A stretch of DNA of 64,000 bases. It comes from Tubulanus polymorphus. Its lineage: Eukaryota; Animalia; Nemertea. A program made the translations under genes and the position numbers. Below the pieces are notes generated by a model, which had not been told where the DNA came from, did no database searches, and saw nothing but the letters and a program-made list of their open reading frames with translations. Of this stretch, positions 52,229 through 64,000 are shown piece by piece (positions within the stretch are counted from its first letter, which is position 1; each line of letters opens with the position of its first letter). Location of the stretch: contig NC_134034.1 in the NCBI RefSeq assembly GCF_964204645.1, positions 11,110,962 through 11,174,961 of the forward strand, given 5' to 3'.

Positions 52229-55200
52229 AATATGTGTCTTATAAAGCGCTACATCCAGCGAAGCTGGACCCACGACCTGGCTTCCCAGAGCCGAACGCTC
52301 TAACCACTACTCAGCCACACCGCTCCAAATCCCCCTATGACATCACAGTTTTACACTTACCGACTGTTATCCTCGTTAGTGATACGTTTTAATTCCCTAA
52401 TGTGTAAGTTTCGTTCTCGTTCTAGTTTTTCTAACTCCAGTTGGAGGTCGGCGTCTTCCTTTTTCAACGACGCCTGCCGCAGTTTCAGGATATCGTCCTG
52501 TTCGTAATATTCCACGACCGACAACGACATCGCCCTAACGGAGAAAATATGTACACTTATAAATCATCGATAATTTCATCAGTTCAACCGAATCCACTTT
52601 TATTTTGGTGTGCTTTTTTCCCTATTTCCTGACACGCGCGTTGTTTTCCCAAATACGAATATATTCATAATAATACGTTATTACAGTGAACTAATTGAGA
52701 GCAGTCACTTTTATTTCAGTTGCTTTCTTTTGACTTTTCCCCGAAATACGCGTTGTTTTCCCTGACTTGATCTGCTAAGAATCAGATCAAACAATTAACA
52801 CAGTCAAATATGTAAGACATAGACGGAAACTGTTTTGATTTTATGCATCTAGCAATATCAACAAATTTCACTGACTTTTCCCTGATTTGTAGCATTTCTA
52901 CAACATTCCTCGACTTTTTAATGAAATGAATTTTCCTGACTTTCCCTGAATATGCTTGCCGCGAAAGAAAGTAAAACTCTCTAATCGATTCAAATCAGAA
53001 AACAGTTAATTTCCGATTTTCAACGAGAAAATCAAATCTCAACCGCTGGATTTGCACTTACTTCGGATCGGCTCCGGGTTTGAGGAATCCGTCGTTGTCC
53101 CTATTCGCGTTACGGCTTCCCTTCCCGCCGCTGGAGTTCGATAAACTCGGTTTACGTTTCATCAGCAGTTTGCGTTGACGATCGATTTCCTCGCGTTCAG
53201 AAGCGATTCGTTCTTGTTCCCTGAAACAAAATCGAAAATCCGAATTCAATAGAGGAGGAGGGAGGTTAGAAGGCAAAGAGGGCGCAAGAGGGAGAGGAAG
53301 CAACCTGGAGGTGGCACAGAGAGGGAAATGAGGGAGAAATCAGAAATCAATATACTTGTTTAATCTGGGAGGAGGTAGAGGAGCAGAGTAGGAAGATTTG
53401 AAGTCAAATGGAGGTAGTTTGAAGGGTAGAGAGAGTGAAGAGGAAGGGAGATGAGAGCAGGGAGCCTGAAGGGTAGAGGAAGGGGGAGGGAGGTGAGGGA
53501 AAGTATGAGCCTGGAGGGAAGAGGGAGGCAGTTGAGGGAGAGTAGGGTGCCTGAAGGGCAGCGAAGGGAGGGAATATAAGACGTACCTCATCAGATCTGT
53601 AAATGCATAACCGTCGACCCAGTTTTCTACGAACGTCGCTCCTTGTCGTATAGTTGTAAATTGACCCAATCTCAGACGATTTTCCATACTCTTCTCACGG
53701 GTCGTTTTCTTCTCCAGTTTACTCTGAATCGGGATAAATAATGTATGAGCAGACAGAACATGAACGGACGCAACACGAACAAATGCAACATGAGCAGACG
53801 CAATATGAGCAGATGCAACATGAACAGACGCAACATGAGCAGACGCAACATGAGCAGACGCAACATGAGCAGATGCAACATGAACAGATGCAACATGAGC
53901 AGATGCAACATGAACAGACGGAACAGGAGCAGACGGAACATGAGCAGACGTGAACAGACATGAGCTGACAAACTCGATCAAAATCCATCTTGTTCCCGGC
54001 TCTCTAAAACTTGTGTCGAAAATATGCGGTACATACCTTTTCGACAAGTAATTGTTTGGTCATCGAGACACATTTATCTATCGTCTCTTTCTGTTTGTCG
54101 ATTAGTTTTTGTTGAGCCGTTAATTGACGTCTTAATTCGTCGTTAGCCTAAAAATATTAATTGATTTGTGTACAATTAATCACATGCTAACTAATATCGA
54201 TTCTTATTAATAATATTTCTGAGGGATTATGTTTCATGAAAATAGCTTTTCGAGGCTTACCCTGTGTAGTTCGTCTATCGTGCTATCTTTCTTCTCGAGA
54301 ACTTGTTGCGATTTGGCTTCGAGTTGTTGTAAATGACCACTTGTGAGATCCGTCTTGAAAAAATAGAGAAAAATTCACTGAAATATTAACTCAATCCCGA
54401 CTATCGTCCGGTAAATATTCTGGGGAAGTGTCTGCATATTGCTTCTATATCCCAATTACTGTAGACTCCTGAATTTGTACCGATCTCGGTAAAGTGTTTA
54501 TTCAGTCGTTTCGTATTAGCAAATTTTTATCCTTTACATGACTAAACTTTTCTAATTCGGTAACCGCCTAATAGGGTAAAAACAATCCCAGTTCCAACTG
54601 TACTGATTTAGGAGTAGTTAACCGTACAACTACAGAAAAACATTTCTAATGACCTATTTCTAATAACTGAAGGAGCTTTAAAGGAGCTTTGCCCATTTTG
54701 CATCAAGAGTTTCAAGCACCTTCAAAAGCATTTACAATTTAGAAGAAGTTTTTAAGGAGATTAGAAGTTGTAGGGACCCTGAAGGATTCTTTATTACCTG
54801 AACATGAGCGGTTTTCGACGTCGGGAATAGATTTCCGCGTCCGTCCATGTTTCCAAACATCGTCATATTAGAATGATTTTGATTCAGCGTGTTGAACACC
54901 GAGCTATGCTGCTGCTGTTGAGGAGACGCAGGATGCTGCAACGTGAAAAAAAATTTCATCATCAAACCATCCATAAATATCAACGAAACCAAACTGATTT
55001 TGTCTTCTCATTTCCGATTGGCCCTTTAACCTAATAAATTAGTAGATCGTCCAATCAGAGCCAGTTTTACATTCGAATATTTACCTTAAAATATTCGCTA
55101 ATTTTTTTACTACTTCCTCCGTCTGCTCGTTTACCTGCGGCAACAATAAACAAACAACGCAACGTTAGAAACCATAGTTACAAATATCTCGATGATTCTC

Positions 55201-57225
55201 GACCCAATTCCATGCGTTAAATTAGGTCGTTTCTGACGTAGGAGTGGACCCAACAGTGGAACAGTCGTAAAACCAGGTCCTATGTGGACCCAGTTCCACC
55301 AGTTAAATTTGACTTTGCAGTTAAAATAAGAAGTTCAATTTCGTTATTTCAACAGTAAAGTCAAAGTTCCACAGAGAGAACTGTGGAACCAGGGGCCAAT
55401 TGCACAGTCGTGACTTAAGTCCAAACGTGGACTTAAACTTTATGACTGGTATTAAGTCGTTAGATTGGCTATAGAACTAACTTGGTCTTAGATTGGTCTT
55501 AAGTCTAAGTCATGACTATGCAACCGGCCCCAGGTGTGGAACCGGGGCCCAGTTTCACAAAAGGGATTAAGGCCTAAATCGATCTAAGATAAACTGAATT
55601 AATGAAGAAATTAAATCGATTTAAGAGTTAAACCTTTTTGTGGAACTGGGCCCTGGTGTGGAACCAGGTGTGGAACCGGTTGACAATGCTTATTAACTTA
55701 CCACCGCTTCCTTCGTCCGGCGCCTTCGTTCGTTTACGTTTTCGCTCGCTTCCACTCGGAGTACGATTCTTTTCGGGAGTCTGCGCGAAAGAGATGTCAA
55801 GAACATCATAACGAAATATATACGCCGAGGAGGGGAGTGAAGGAGAGGGGTAGGAAGACCGAGATGGCTGTTCCTCAATCAAATACTGGTGGAATCAGAA
55901 ATCACCGAGATATTACTGTAACGTAGACGTGAGACGAGCACGCTGCTACGCCCAGAGTGAACGGTGCACGACTCCATCAATAGTTGCCGTCGGTAACCGG
56001 TAACTGTTGATTATTATTTCTTTTCTCCGTCTTTTTCTCGTAGCAGCCGTCGTCGTGCGTTTTTCGTTAATCAGACACAAAAATGTGTCGCGCGCGAATA
56101 AAGCCGGTTGCCACGGTAACAGACTTACAGGTTACACAACACATACGTCTGTTGTCTGTCCGTCTGTTGTGCGTCGTCTGTGAATGAGGTCGAGGGGGGA
56201 GGGGGAGATGGTGTAGTACAGCTAAAAAACCTAATTATCTAGTGTTAAATGATTATACCGAGTTGCAGTGTGTTAGCAGCTATCTTTGCAAACCCCGGCA
56301 ATGATTATCTAGTCTAGTGATGGATCTAGTTGGATTTTAGCCGCACGCACGATGTAAGCAGCCAGCAGGACTCCAACCTGCTTTTGTCACTCGTTATCCC
56401 ACTGTGAGCTACTGACCCGAGGCCGCTCTGAGCTTTTACAAACATTTGATCTTGGCTTCCCAAGACGAACCCTTATTGGATTGTTCATTTAACCTCAAGA
56501 CCGGGCCACGACCTTTGAAGTGTTGCCCGCACACTGCGAGCAGACAGCAGGACTCGAACCCACTTGTCACCCCTCGACGATGATCTTGGTTTCCCGAAAA
56601 CTAACCCCCATTGGGTTGTTCATGCAGGACGACCATTAAGTTTTGCCCGCAAACTGCAAGCAGCCAGCAGGACTCGAACCCACTTGACCAGGCGCGGATC
56701 TACGGAGGGGGCCCGGGTCCTTTAAGTGAAGATCGTTTTTTTTATGCTTTAGTTTATCAGCAGCAGGAAAGGGGAAAGTATTTGTCATGAATTCTTGCCT
56801 CAGAATGCAGGAAATGGCCCCAAAACAGAGTTTCAAAAATTTTCTGGGGCAGGGCCTACGCCGCTCGGTGTCAATACAGTATCATCATAGCTACATTTAT
56901 TAGGTGGTCCCCCCCTAAATTGGGCTCTAGATCTGCCCCTGTTGACACTCAGAAGTAATGAATGCACCCTTTTACTGAGGTGTTGAATACTTACATTAGC
57001 CTGTTCGTCTTTGTCCTGATCGCTACCGGGATGAGAATCAACACTAGTCACGCTCGTGTTCGAATTATCCTGGTGATGATTCATCATATTCGCCACTACG
57101 ACCGGCGGCGCGGCGGCTACGGCGATGCCACCTGGCGTCGTAGTCTGTAACTTGCCGCCGAACAGACGCGCTTCGAGCAACTCTTGTTTACGAGGATCAA
57201 CTTGAATCGCATGCAGATTCTCCAT
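46270..57225 (-). CDS. TLK: Tousled-like serine/threonine kinase (~720-735 aa)
   Basis: Minus-strand exons 57225-56995, 55780-55702, 55134-55085, 54935-54798, 54353-54261, 54147-54037, 53723-53587, 53220-53062, 52534-52361, 51784-51703, 51128-51037, 50959-50870, 48625-48456, 48012-47874, 47656-47545, 47373-47263, 47167-47067, [46569-46525], 46363-46270. Motifs: [94 protein letters not shown]. Confidence 0.95.
48717..50755. repeat. 2-kb G-free C/T-rich low-complexity tract in a TLK intron
   Basis: Shuffled CCCTACT / CCCTCTCT / ACCCCTCTTCCTCT modules; essentially no G on the + strand. Confidence 0.95.
52170..52326 (-). mobile_element. Internally deleted tRNA-derived SINE with (TTA)n tail
   Basis: Minus strand reads GGAGCGGTGTGGCTGAGTAGTGGTTAGAGCGTTCGGCTC...GGTCGTGGGTCCA (tRNA-like head with A box), then AGCGCTTTATAAGACACATA and (TTA)n. 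Confidence 0.65.
53743..53968. repeat. 15-bp minisatellite (~15 copies) in a TLK intron
   Basis: ATGAGCAGA(C/T)GCAAC repeated. Confidence 0.92.
55393..55530. mobile_element. Harbinger-like MITE with CAG target duplication
   Basis: CAG|GGGCCAATTGCACAGTC...GACTATGCAACCGGCCC|CAG. Relatives at ~40022-40120, ~60110-60190 and ~60360-60485. Confidence 0.65.
56340..56690 (-). repeat. Diverged tandem repeats with a tRNA T-loop/B-box-like motif
   Basis: GCAG(C/A)CAGCAGGACTC(G/C)AACC recurs three times (~56358, ~56540, ~56660); reverse complement GGGTTCGAGTCC. Confidence 0.5.
56688..56941. mobile_element. Short TIR element (GGCG(C)GGATCTA...TAGATCTGCCCCTG type)
   Basis: Imperfect terminal inverted repeats; a similar-ended element lies at ~62330-62581. 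Confidence 0.5.
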
Positions 57226-58054
57226 TATCGAACCTGAAAAATACAATCGACACCGATTCAGCCTTTCATCCCCCTATGACATCACCAAACCGTGTTGAAA
57301 AGATGGCTACTTCAAATATAAATCCCCCTATGACATAATCGAATTGTTTCGCAAAGATGGCTATTTCAAAGTATAGATTCCCCTACGACATCATAAATTG
57401 TTTATAAGCATTAAGAATAGATGGCTACCTCCATAAATCCCTCTATGACATCATCAGATTATCAAAATAAGGTTTTAAGAGATGAATCTCCCTATGACAT
57501 CATTAATCTGCCAGCAGACCCTTTCAAATGATAGGGCTGGCATAGAGGTCAAAAACGAAGATCCTAAAAACCGCTTTTTCAATTTCTTACGAAGACAATA
57601 CTGGAGGCCACAGTTAGCTTTGCAATGCACATAGTTAAAAACTGACGCCCATTTGGTTATTAAACAGAAGTTTCAATTGTACTACTTAGTAATTTATGCG
57701 GATGAGTGCATGCGTTAGTGAAACAATGCTCTCTCTATCTCTCTCTAGTACCGGTCGGACCCTCGTACTCGTAACCTACGTTCTACCTATATTCAATAGT
57801 ACAACGTGTAAAAACGCTAATCAATAAGTATCATTGCCTGCCTGCGAAGACTAGAGGAAACACATATAATATATATATAATATATATATATATATAAATG
57901 TACGTCTGTGACAATGCCATACGATAATATACTATTAGTACTAAACGCACCATATACACACACACTACAGACACTACTACAGTCATCGGCTATTATCAGA
58001 TTACATGTAATCCTAATTAATGTAATCCCCGGGAAATCTATCTGTTCAAGGCGT

Positions 58055-58575
58055 GCCTTAACCCATCTAACAAGTCCTATCCCATATAAATCAGGCCTAA
58101 CCAACAGATCCAACCCATCTACGAAAATCAGGCCTAACCTATCTACATTCAGATCAAATTCATCCGAATCAGGCCTTAACCTATCAAAATCAGACCTCAG
58201 ATTCATCTTAAACAGACCTAACCCATCAAACCAGGCTTACCTATCTAAATCAGACCTACCAATCGAAATCAGGTCAAACCCATTTAAATCAGACCTTACT
58301 CATCTAAATCAGGCCTAACCTATGTAAATCAGGCCTCAACCAGCTAAACAGGCCTAACAGATCTAAATCAGACCTAACCCAGCTAAATCAGGCCTAACCC
58401 ATGTAGGCCTAAATCAGGCCTCACCCAGCTAAACAGGCCGAACAGATCTAAATCAGACCTAACCCAGCTAAATCAAGCCTAACCCATGTAGGCCTAAATC
58501 AGGCCTCACCCAGCTAAACAGGCCTAACAGATCTAAATCAGACCTAACCCAGCTAAATCAGGCCTAACCTATCTA
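58055..58575. repeat. ~20-bp minisatellite
   Basis: AAATCAG(G/A)CCTAACCCA(T/G)CT repeated, with higher-order regularity at the right end. Confidence 0.85.
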
Positions 58576-59059
58576 AAAAGATCGATTCATACAATTCTAG
58601 ATTGTATCTTTCTAGTCAGTAACCTGACTGTGCGTTAGTTTCACGATCGGATTTTTTCATTTAAGCTCATCCGATTATAAAAAGCTTACCACCAACGATT
58701 AGGTAACTAACTAGTATCTTTCGGGATACCAGATATTGCAATATCACAGTATACCGACTCGAAGTTTGAAGGTGCTCCCTGTTTGACTTCGATTTATGTT
58801 TCTAATCGAGAAAACGCAGGAAAGAATTAAATTAGTAGAACATCTTTGTTTCAATCTTTAGTATTCTCCCGATAAAATCTAGTACCAATCAGGACACTGC
58901 CGAAACCCAACTATATCAGCCCTATCAGCAGACCCTGGCATACCCATCAGTCCGCCCCACAGCCCTAGGGCTGCAAATGTAGCTGATTTTAAACGATCAT
59001 ACAGTCAACTCCCGATATACCGCCCACATTGGTGCAGAACGATTTTGGCGGTGTAGAGA

Positions 59060-59390
59060 GTATGGCGGTATATTGGAGGTGTTTTACTATGTATTTGTAT
59101 AGAGATGTACATTGAAAAACCTGGTGGTAGGCGGGGGTGGTGGTATATGGCAGGGTGGTATATCGGGGGTGGTGGTATATGGCAGGATGGTATATCGGGG
59201 GTGTTTTACTATGTATTTGTATAGAGACATACATTGAGAAAACCTGGTGGTAGGCGGGGGTGGCGGTATATGGCAGGGTGGTAAATCGGGGGTGTTTTAC
59301 TATGTATTTGTATAGAGATGTACATTGAGAAAACCTGGCGGTAGGCGGGGGTGGCGGTAAATGGGAGGGCGGTATATCGGGGGTTGAATG
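59060..59390. repeat. ~90-120-bp G-rich tandem repeat (3 copies)
   Basis: GTGTTTTACTATGTATTTGTATAGAGA...GGTAGGCGGGGGTGG recurs three times. Confidence 0.85.
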
Positions 59391-61199
59391 TACACACAAT
59401 TTTACAAAATTACATAAAAGGAAGTTCTAGCCCCCCCCCCTTATCACAACTACCTGCCCACGCACATCATGTTTAGCTCTAGTCCACACTGCCCTATATC
59501 ACAATTCTCAATCTGCATAGGCCTACGATATACGGAAGTCCTCGATAGGTTTCTGTTGACCCGAAAACCTGACAGTGCCTCTCAAAGATTAACAACAGCT
59601 CCGTTGACATTCCCGATTTCAAATTGGACTAATTGGGATTAGATATTTGGGCTAGAAGATAGTAAACTCAATCATTTGGGAATTTTCCATTCAATCTGAG
59701 TAGGCCTAACTCGTAGGCCTACTTTAGTTAAATCGGCAACTACACCACTAGTAACCAGCTATAGGCGCTAACTATGTTATCAGCAATAATATCGAAGAAA
59801 TCTATTCTGGTACGTTAAAACTGAAATACAGATATAATGACCTTATTTTTAATCGTTCATTTCTAAAAATGGTAGGCCTATTGTGATGAGAAGGGGTCAA
59901 GGTAAAGAGGAGCACCACATTGGCCATCGTTAAGGTCAAGGAATAAAACAGATGATAGGCCTAAAATCTTCGTATTTTCCAAACAGCCCCTTGTCCACTG
60001 TTGAGTACCGAAGGCTTTAACTTGGAGCTTTGCGCTTGACGTGGCGTCAAGTAGGCCTACAGCCGATGAGATTGTCAAATTTTCAAATCGTCAATTTTCC
60101 AAAAAAATTAAGACCAGTCTTAGTTCTATAGCCAATTCAACAACTTAAGATTTAAGACCACTTTGGTCTCGACTATGCAACTGGCCCCTGGTTAAGTTAA
60201 CACTACAGCCAAATTTAAGTCAGTAGGCCTAGTCAAGTAAAACCAACCCCACGCGCCGTTTATAAGTCCGGTTTCAAATCAATTTCAGTTTCTCAATCCT
60301 TAAGACTCAATTTCTCGGCTCAAGCAACTCAAAAAGGCCCAAACACTAGATTGAAACCAGCAGCATAGCCTAGACTGAGATTTAAGATCAGTCTAGAGAG
60401 CCAATCTAACAGCCAATCTAAATTTACATGAATTTATGACTTCGAAGACCACTTTCGACTTGAAGTCACGACTGCAACTTAGCCCAAATATTTCAACTGC
60501 GAAACCCCGAGGACTAGCTGAATATCAAACTGAATGGTAACAACCTTAATCATGCCCAGCTCTCAGCAAGCTTTGTCCATAAAAACTGGACATCTTGGAT
60601 TGGACTCCAGACTAAGGGAGACCCATCAAAAATTAACTACATTTTGACTTCCTAATCATAGGTCATATTATAAGAACTGAACTGATGATGACTCTGGAGT
60701 CAAACTTGACTCGAAAATGATGTAAGGGTGGTTTAATTCGTTTACCCACTGATCTAGGATTCGGGCATCATTTTTACATGTTGTTGGATGCAGCAGATTC
60801 TTTCCCCAGCATCAGTCACAATCACCACCTTTATTCGACCATTCCATTCACGACAAATAGGGGTGTGTAGGTTATACACAGAGCATGTTTTTGTTTGCAT
60901 TAACAAATATTCTGGTGAATAAATTCATAAAATACACCAAAAGCTTATATTTAGAGTCTGTTGATGGTATCTATTAGGCCTGATTATATATTCGCAATAT
61001 CTGGGATGGGGATTTCCAACCCACCTTTCCCCGTCAGGTCGGGGATTCTCTCTAATCCAATATGGCCACTCTCCTGATCGTGACCCGAGGAGGCTCGTTT
61101 AAACGCTAATAATTCCAATCCCGCGCCACCGAACTACATTCTACCAGCCCGAATACGGAGATGAAGAGTCTTACTAACGATCCCATGTGTCCGGGATTT

Positions 61200-61360
61200 T
61201 CCTGGCCGCTTTTTCAATCAGAAATCGAGCTTGATTCGAGTGACGAATTCGCTGGAAAAACTGTGGTTGTGTCCCTGTTTCTTTAGTGACGTCACGAGCG
61301 CGCGGTGACGATTTTGATTGACAGGTGCTCGCCGCCGGTCGGGCACGGCCCAGTAATTAA
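61200..61360 (-). promoter_or_regulatory. Candidate TLK promoter (CpG-rich, perfect CRE TGACGTCA at 61287-61294); possible non-coding first exon ending at the donor near 61026
   Basis: CpG-dense patch upstream of TLK and a minus-strand AAG|GTGGGT donor. The TLK ATG exon is preceded by an acceptor at 57234, so an upstream exon is expected. Confidence 0.35.
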
Positions 61361-62604
61361 ACGAATTGTTTAATTGTTGTTAATTAATCTTTAGATATTA
61401 AAATTCGAGAAGGCTAAAAAAATTCCCGTGATTTTTTACTAGGTCAGTGGGTTGAATCATTGGAGTGATTGGCAGGTGCGTCTCCGGATGGTCCCGCCCT
61501 CCAAATTAACTTATCTACCTTTGTTCAATAATTCTAACGAATTTCATCCCGATTTTTTACTAAGATATTTTCAATGGGTCAATGGGTCGGTTCTCGCTGT
61601 TCCGTCCCAGTTGCTGCGCGCTGTTGCAGCCGGGAAGTTCCTCCCACATTTTCCTGGGTCGATGATGACCTTTGACCTTCTAGGAAGTAGGTATTTGTAA
61701 ATAAAGCCCACGTGCTTTTGTTTACGAAATACAAAAACGATTTCTTTTGTGGTCCAAATCGATGACTCCTAATTCCATAAATAATACTGCTAACGAAATA
61801 AACTGCCTTGCTAAGACTTCTTTTGCCTTAGGCAGGTTTTGATTTAGAATCACTGAAGTGAATCGATCTCTGGTGTTGTTTTTGACCAGAAAACACTCTT
61901 TCCTTATTCCGGAATAGTCTAAACTGTGTAAGATGGAATTGTAATTCTCTTCTGGCGCATTTGTTTCAACAGACTATGCTCTACTTATTCCAGAATGCAT
62001 TTACCGGTAGTCTATCTATGAACCTAATAAAGAAGTGGCAGAGAGTTCCTAAACCGGAAGAAACCTGCCTAATCAAGTGTTCATTAAAACACAAAATTCC
62101 TCTCCTCCTCCTGGTGCTATTGTAGGTACCAGGGATAAAAGAAAAAAAAAACAACAAAAAATTACTCAATATAATTTTATTAATAAATAAATAATTTAAT
62201 CATGGTAAATCAATGGTTTGAACTTCAGATGAAATAACAAGGTGCTTTATGATTAAAATGAAATATATAATCTTTCAAATTTCAAATTACACGCTATAAC
62301 AATTAACGCAGCCTACACCTCCCGAATATGGGGTGGATCCAGGGTCTGATTCAGAGAGGAGTGCACCCCTTAATAGGGCGTATAAATTAAATGGGCACCC
62401 CAAAGAAATTTCATCAGAAAGCATTTTCAGGTTTTTTTTTTTGAATTACGGAGAGAAGCTTAAATGAATCTGAACTTTTTTGGAATCAATTTAATGTTTT
62501 TCGTTTTCCCGCATAATTTCAGGGTAACTTGACATTTTTAGGGGGTGCTTCCCCTGCACCCTCCCCTCGGATCCACCCCTGCAAATTCGCTCTCTGTCCG
62601 GGTG

Positions 62605-63981
62605 TTAAGATCCAGCAGCTGCTGTCGCCGCGGTAACTGCTGCAGCCGCTGCCGCTTTTTTCGTCGCTTGCAGCTGCAAACTTTTATACAAACGTTTCAA
62701 CTGTAATTTACGATCGTTCCAACAACCGAGGAACGAATTCGTCAAAAACGCCGGGTTACTCAACGTGTCGATGCCCCCTTCGTTAAACATCACCGGGCCG
62801 TCGTCCCAAATCATATCGAACCCACCGACGCGTCTCTCTTTACCCGTCAATCGACCTTCCATGTCGATGACGTTCATCACGTCGTCTAGGAGACCGTATT
62901 TCAGGTCGTAGTCCTCCTTGCTGCTGGCGGTCAGCGACGGCGACGCATTAACCTCGATCAACCACGGCTTCAAACCGCGATTGAGCAGAATATCGTAACC
63001 GTAGAGCTCGAAACAATGCTTGTCGTTGATCATCGTTTTTTGAACGCTTTGCAGACTTTTGACGAATATATCGTCGATCGCGCGGAAACACCGTTCGACG
63101 GCTTCGACGCCGTGATGCGCCGTGAGGTAACCGCGTAGTTGTCGCACCGACCACTTACAACCTTTCTCCGGATCGTAGTCGGGCGCCGTTTTCTGAATGG
63201 CGACGTTCGTCAAGTGCACGTAGTTGTCGTCGATCGAATCGAGCGAGAATCGCGTGTTGGAGAATCGCGCGAATCCGCCGCGGTAAAGCCACGCGCGAAG
63301 CGGTACGTACGACGTAACCAGGACGTAAACGCGAAGGTCGAATTTTCGACCGCCGATCAGATACGGATCGTCGATATAACGCTGTACGACGTACGTCTCC
63401 GGACCCGGGTTATTCGGATCGCTCGGCTGACTGAACGTCTCGCCTTTCTTCCAGTCGATTATATCCTTCAATTTGCGGAACAAGAATATCCCTTTACCCT
63501 GCGCCTTGGCGACCGGTTTCATAATCCAAATTTGTCCGGGCTTCTTTTTGAATTCTTCGACGAAAATATGATATTCGGACGGAACTTCGAATGTCGTCGG
63601 GAAAAAATCGCATTTCTGCGCCTCGACCTTTCCGTGCTCGCGTTCGATTTGTTTGCGCATTCGCTTCAGGTTTTTCACCATCAGATTTTTACGCGTCAAT
63701 TCGTAGTGATTGCGAAAGTGGCAAAGTTTCATGTGCTCTTCCAAGTACGAATGGTCGAAGTATTCTTTCATCCAGATGACATCGCACCAGTAGATATCCC
63801 AGTCGCTGCCGCCGCCGCTGCTGTCGCTGGGAACTTCCTGCCAACCGCGACCGCGCAACACGTCCAATATCGTGTTCGTAAAACCGCATTTGAATCTGAC
63901 GACTCCGCCGCGATCGGCCGCCGCTATTTTCCGCGGCCCTCCCCGACCCGTATACGTCGACGTTTTCGACTGCTTCGACAT
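62605..63981 (-). CDS. TTLL9: Tubulin polyglutamylase TTLL9, single-exon CDS (458 aa)
   Basis: Uninterrupted ORF with TTLL9-type motifs [88 protein letters not shown] and RVGGFD. Confidence 0.95.
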   Translation of the reverse strand: MSKQSKTSTYTGRGGPRKIAAADRGGVVRFKCGFTNTILDVLRGRGWQEVPSDSSGGGSDWDIYWCDVIWMKEYFDHSYLEEHMKLCHFRNHYELTRKNLMVKNLKRMRKQIEREHGKVEAQKCDFFPTTFEVPSEYHIFVEEFKKKPGQIWIMKPVAKAQGKGIFLFRKLKDIIDWKKGETFSQPSDPNNPGPETYVVQRYIDDPYLIGGRKFDLRVYVLVTSYVPLRAWLYRGGFARFSNTRFSLDSIDDNYVHLTNVAIQKTAPDYDPEKGCKWSVRQLRGYLTAHHGVEAVERCFRAIDDIFVKSLQSVQKTMINDKHCFELYGYDILLNRGLKPWLIEVNASPSLTASSKEDYDLKYGLLDDVMNVIDMEGRLTGKERRVGGFDMIWDDGPVMFNEGGIDTLSNPAFLTNSFLGCWNDRKLQLKRLYKSLQLQATKKAAAAAAVTAATAAAGS

Positions 63982-64000
63982 TTTAACAATTCACCTTCAA

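Noticed and set aside
52230-52326. tRNA gene
   Set aside because: No complete cloverleaf, a degenerate B box and a (TTA)n tail; better explained as a SINE.
52455-52470. Possible frameshift in the TLK coiled-coil exon
   Set aside because: Recounting gives five T, so [11 protein letters not shown] is in frame.
53672-53988. Cys-rich metallothionein-like and HEQ-repeat ORFs
   Set aside because: A 15-bp intronic minisatellite open in several frames on both strands.

Overview
Intron-rich animal (most likely invertebrate) genomic DNA; the organism cannot be named from sequence alone. Four protein-coding genes can be reconstructed exon by exon with GT-AG junctions and consistent phases. (1) The 3' part of an IGF2BP/Imp-like four-KH RNA-binding protein gene (+, <1-5748), followed by a probable very long 3'UTR. 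(2) A 507-aa EHHADH-derived 3-hydroxyacyl-CoA dehydrogenase (+, 37121-42236) that lacks the hydratase domain, has a mitochondrial-type presequence and ends in the peroxisomal PTS1 SKL. (3) Tousled-like kinase (-, 46270-57225). (4) A TTLL9 with an intronless CDS (-, 62605-63981). The ~24 kb between IGF2BP and the dehydrogenase gene is a repeat-dense block. It holds a 7.7-kb composite array (72/76-bp B-box-like satellite plus 13 copies of a 178-bp foldback), 41-bp and ~58-bp satellites and many MITEs. Most notably, it contains an ~800-nt imperfect inverted repeat at 35611-36415. The arm differences are strongly biased to G-U pairs on the minus strand, the loop is a tandem set of three-way-junction units, and the structure is bracketed by two splice acceptors: a candidate undescribed structured RNA or hairpin-RNA locus. 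Most ORF-track entries are spurious. All alignments and counts were done by eye.
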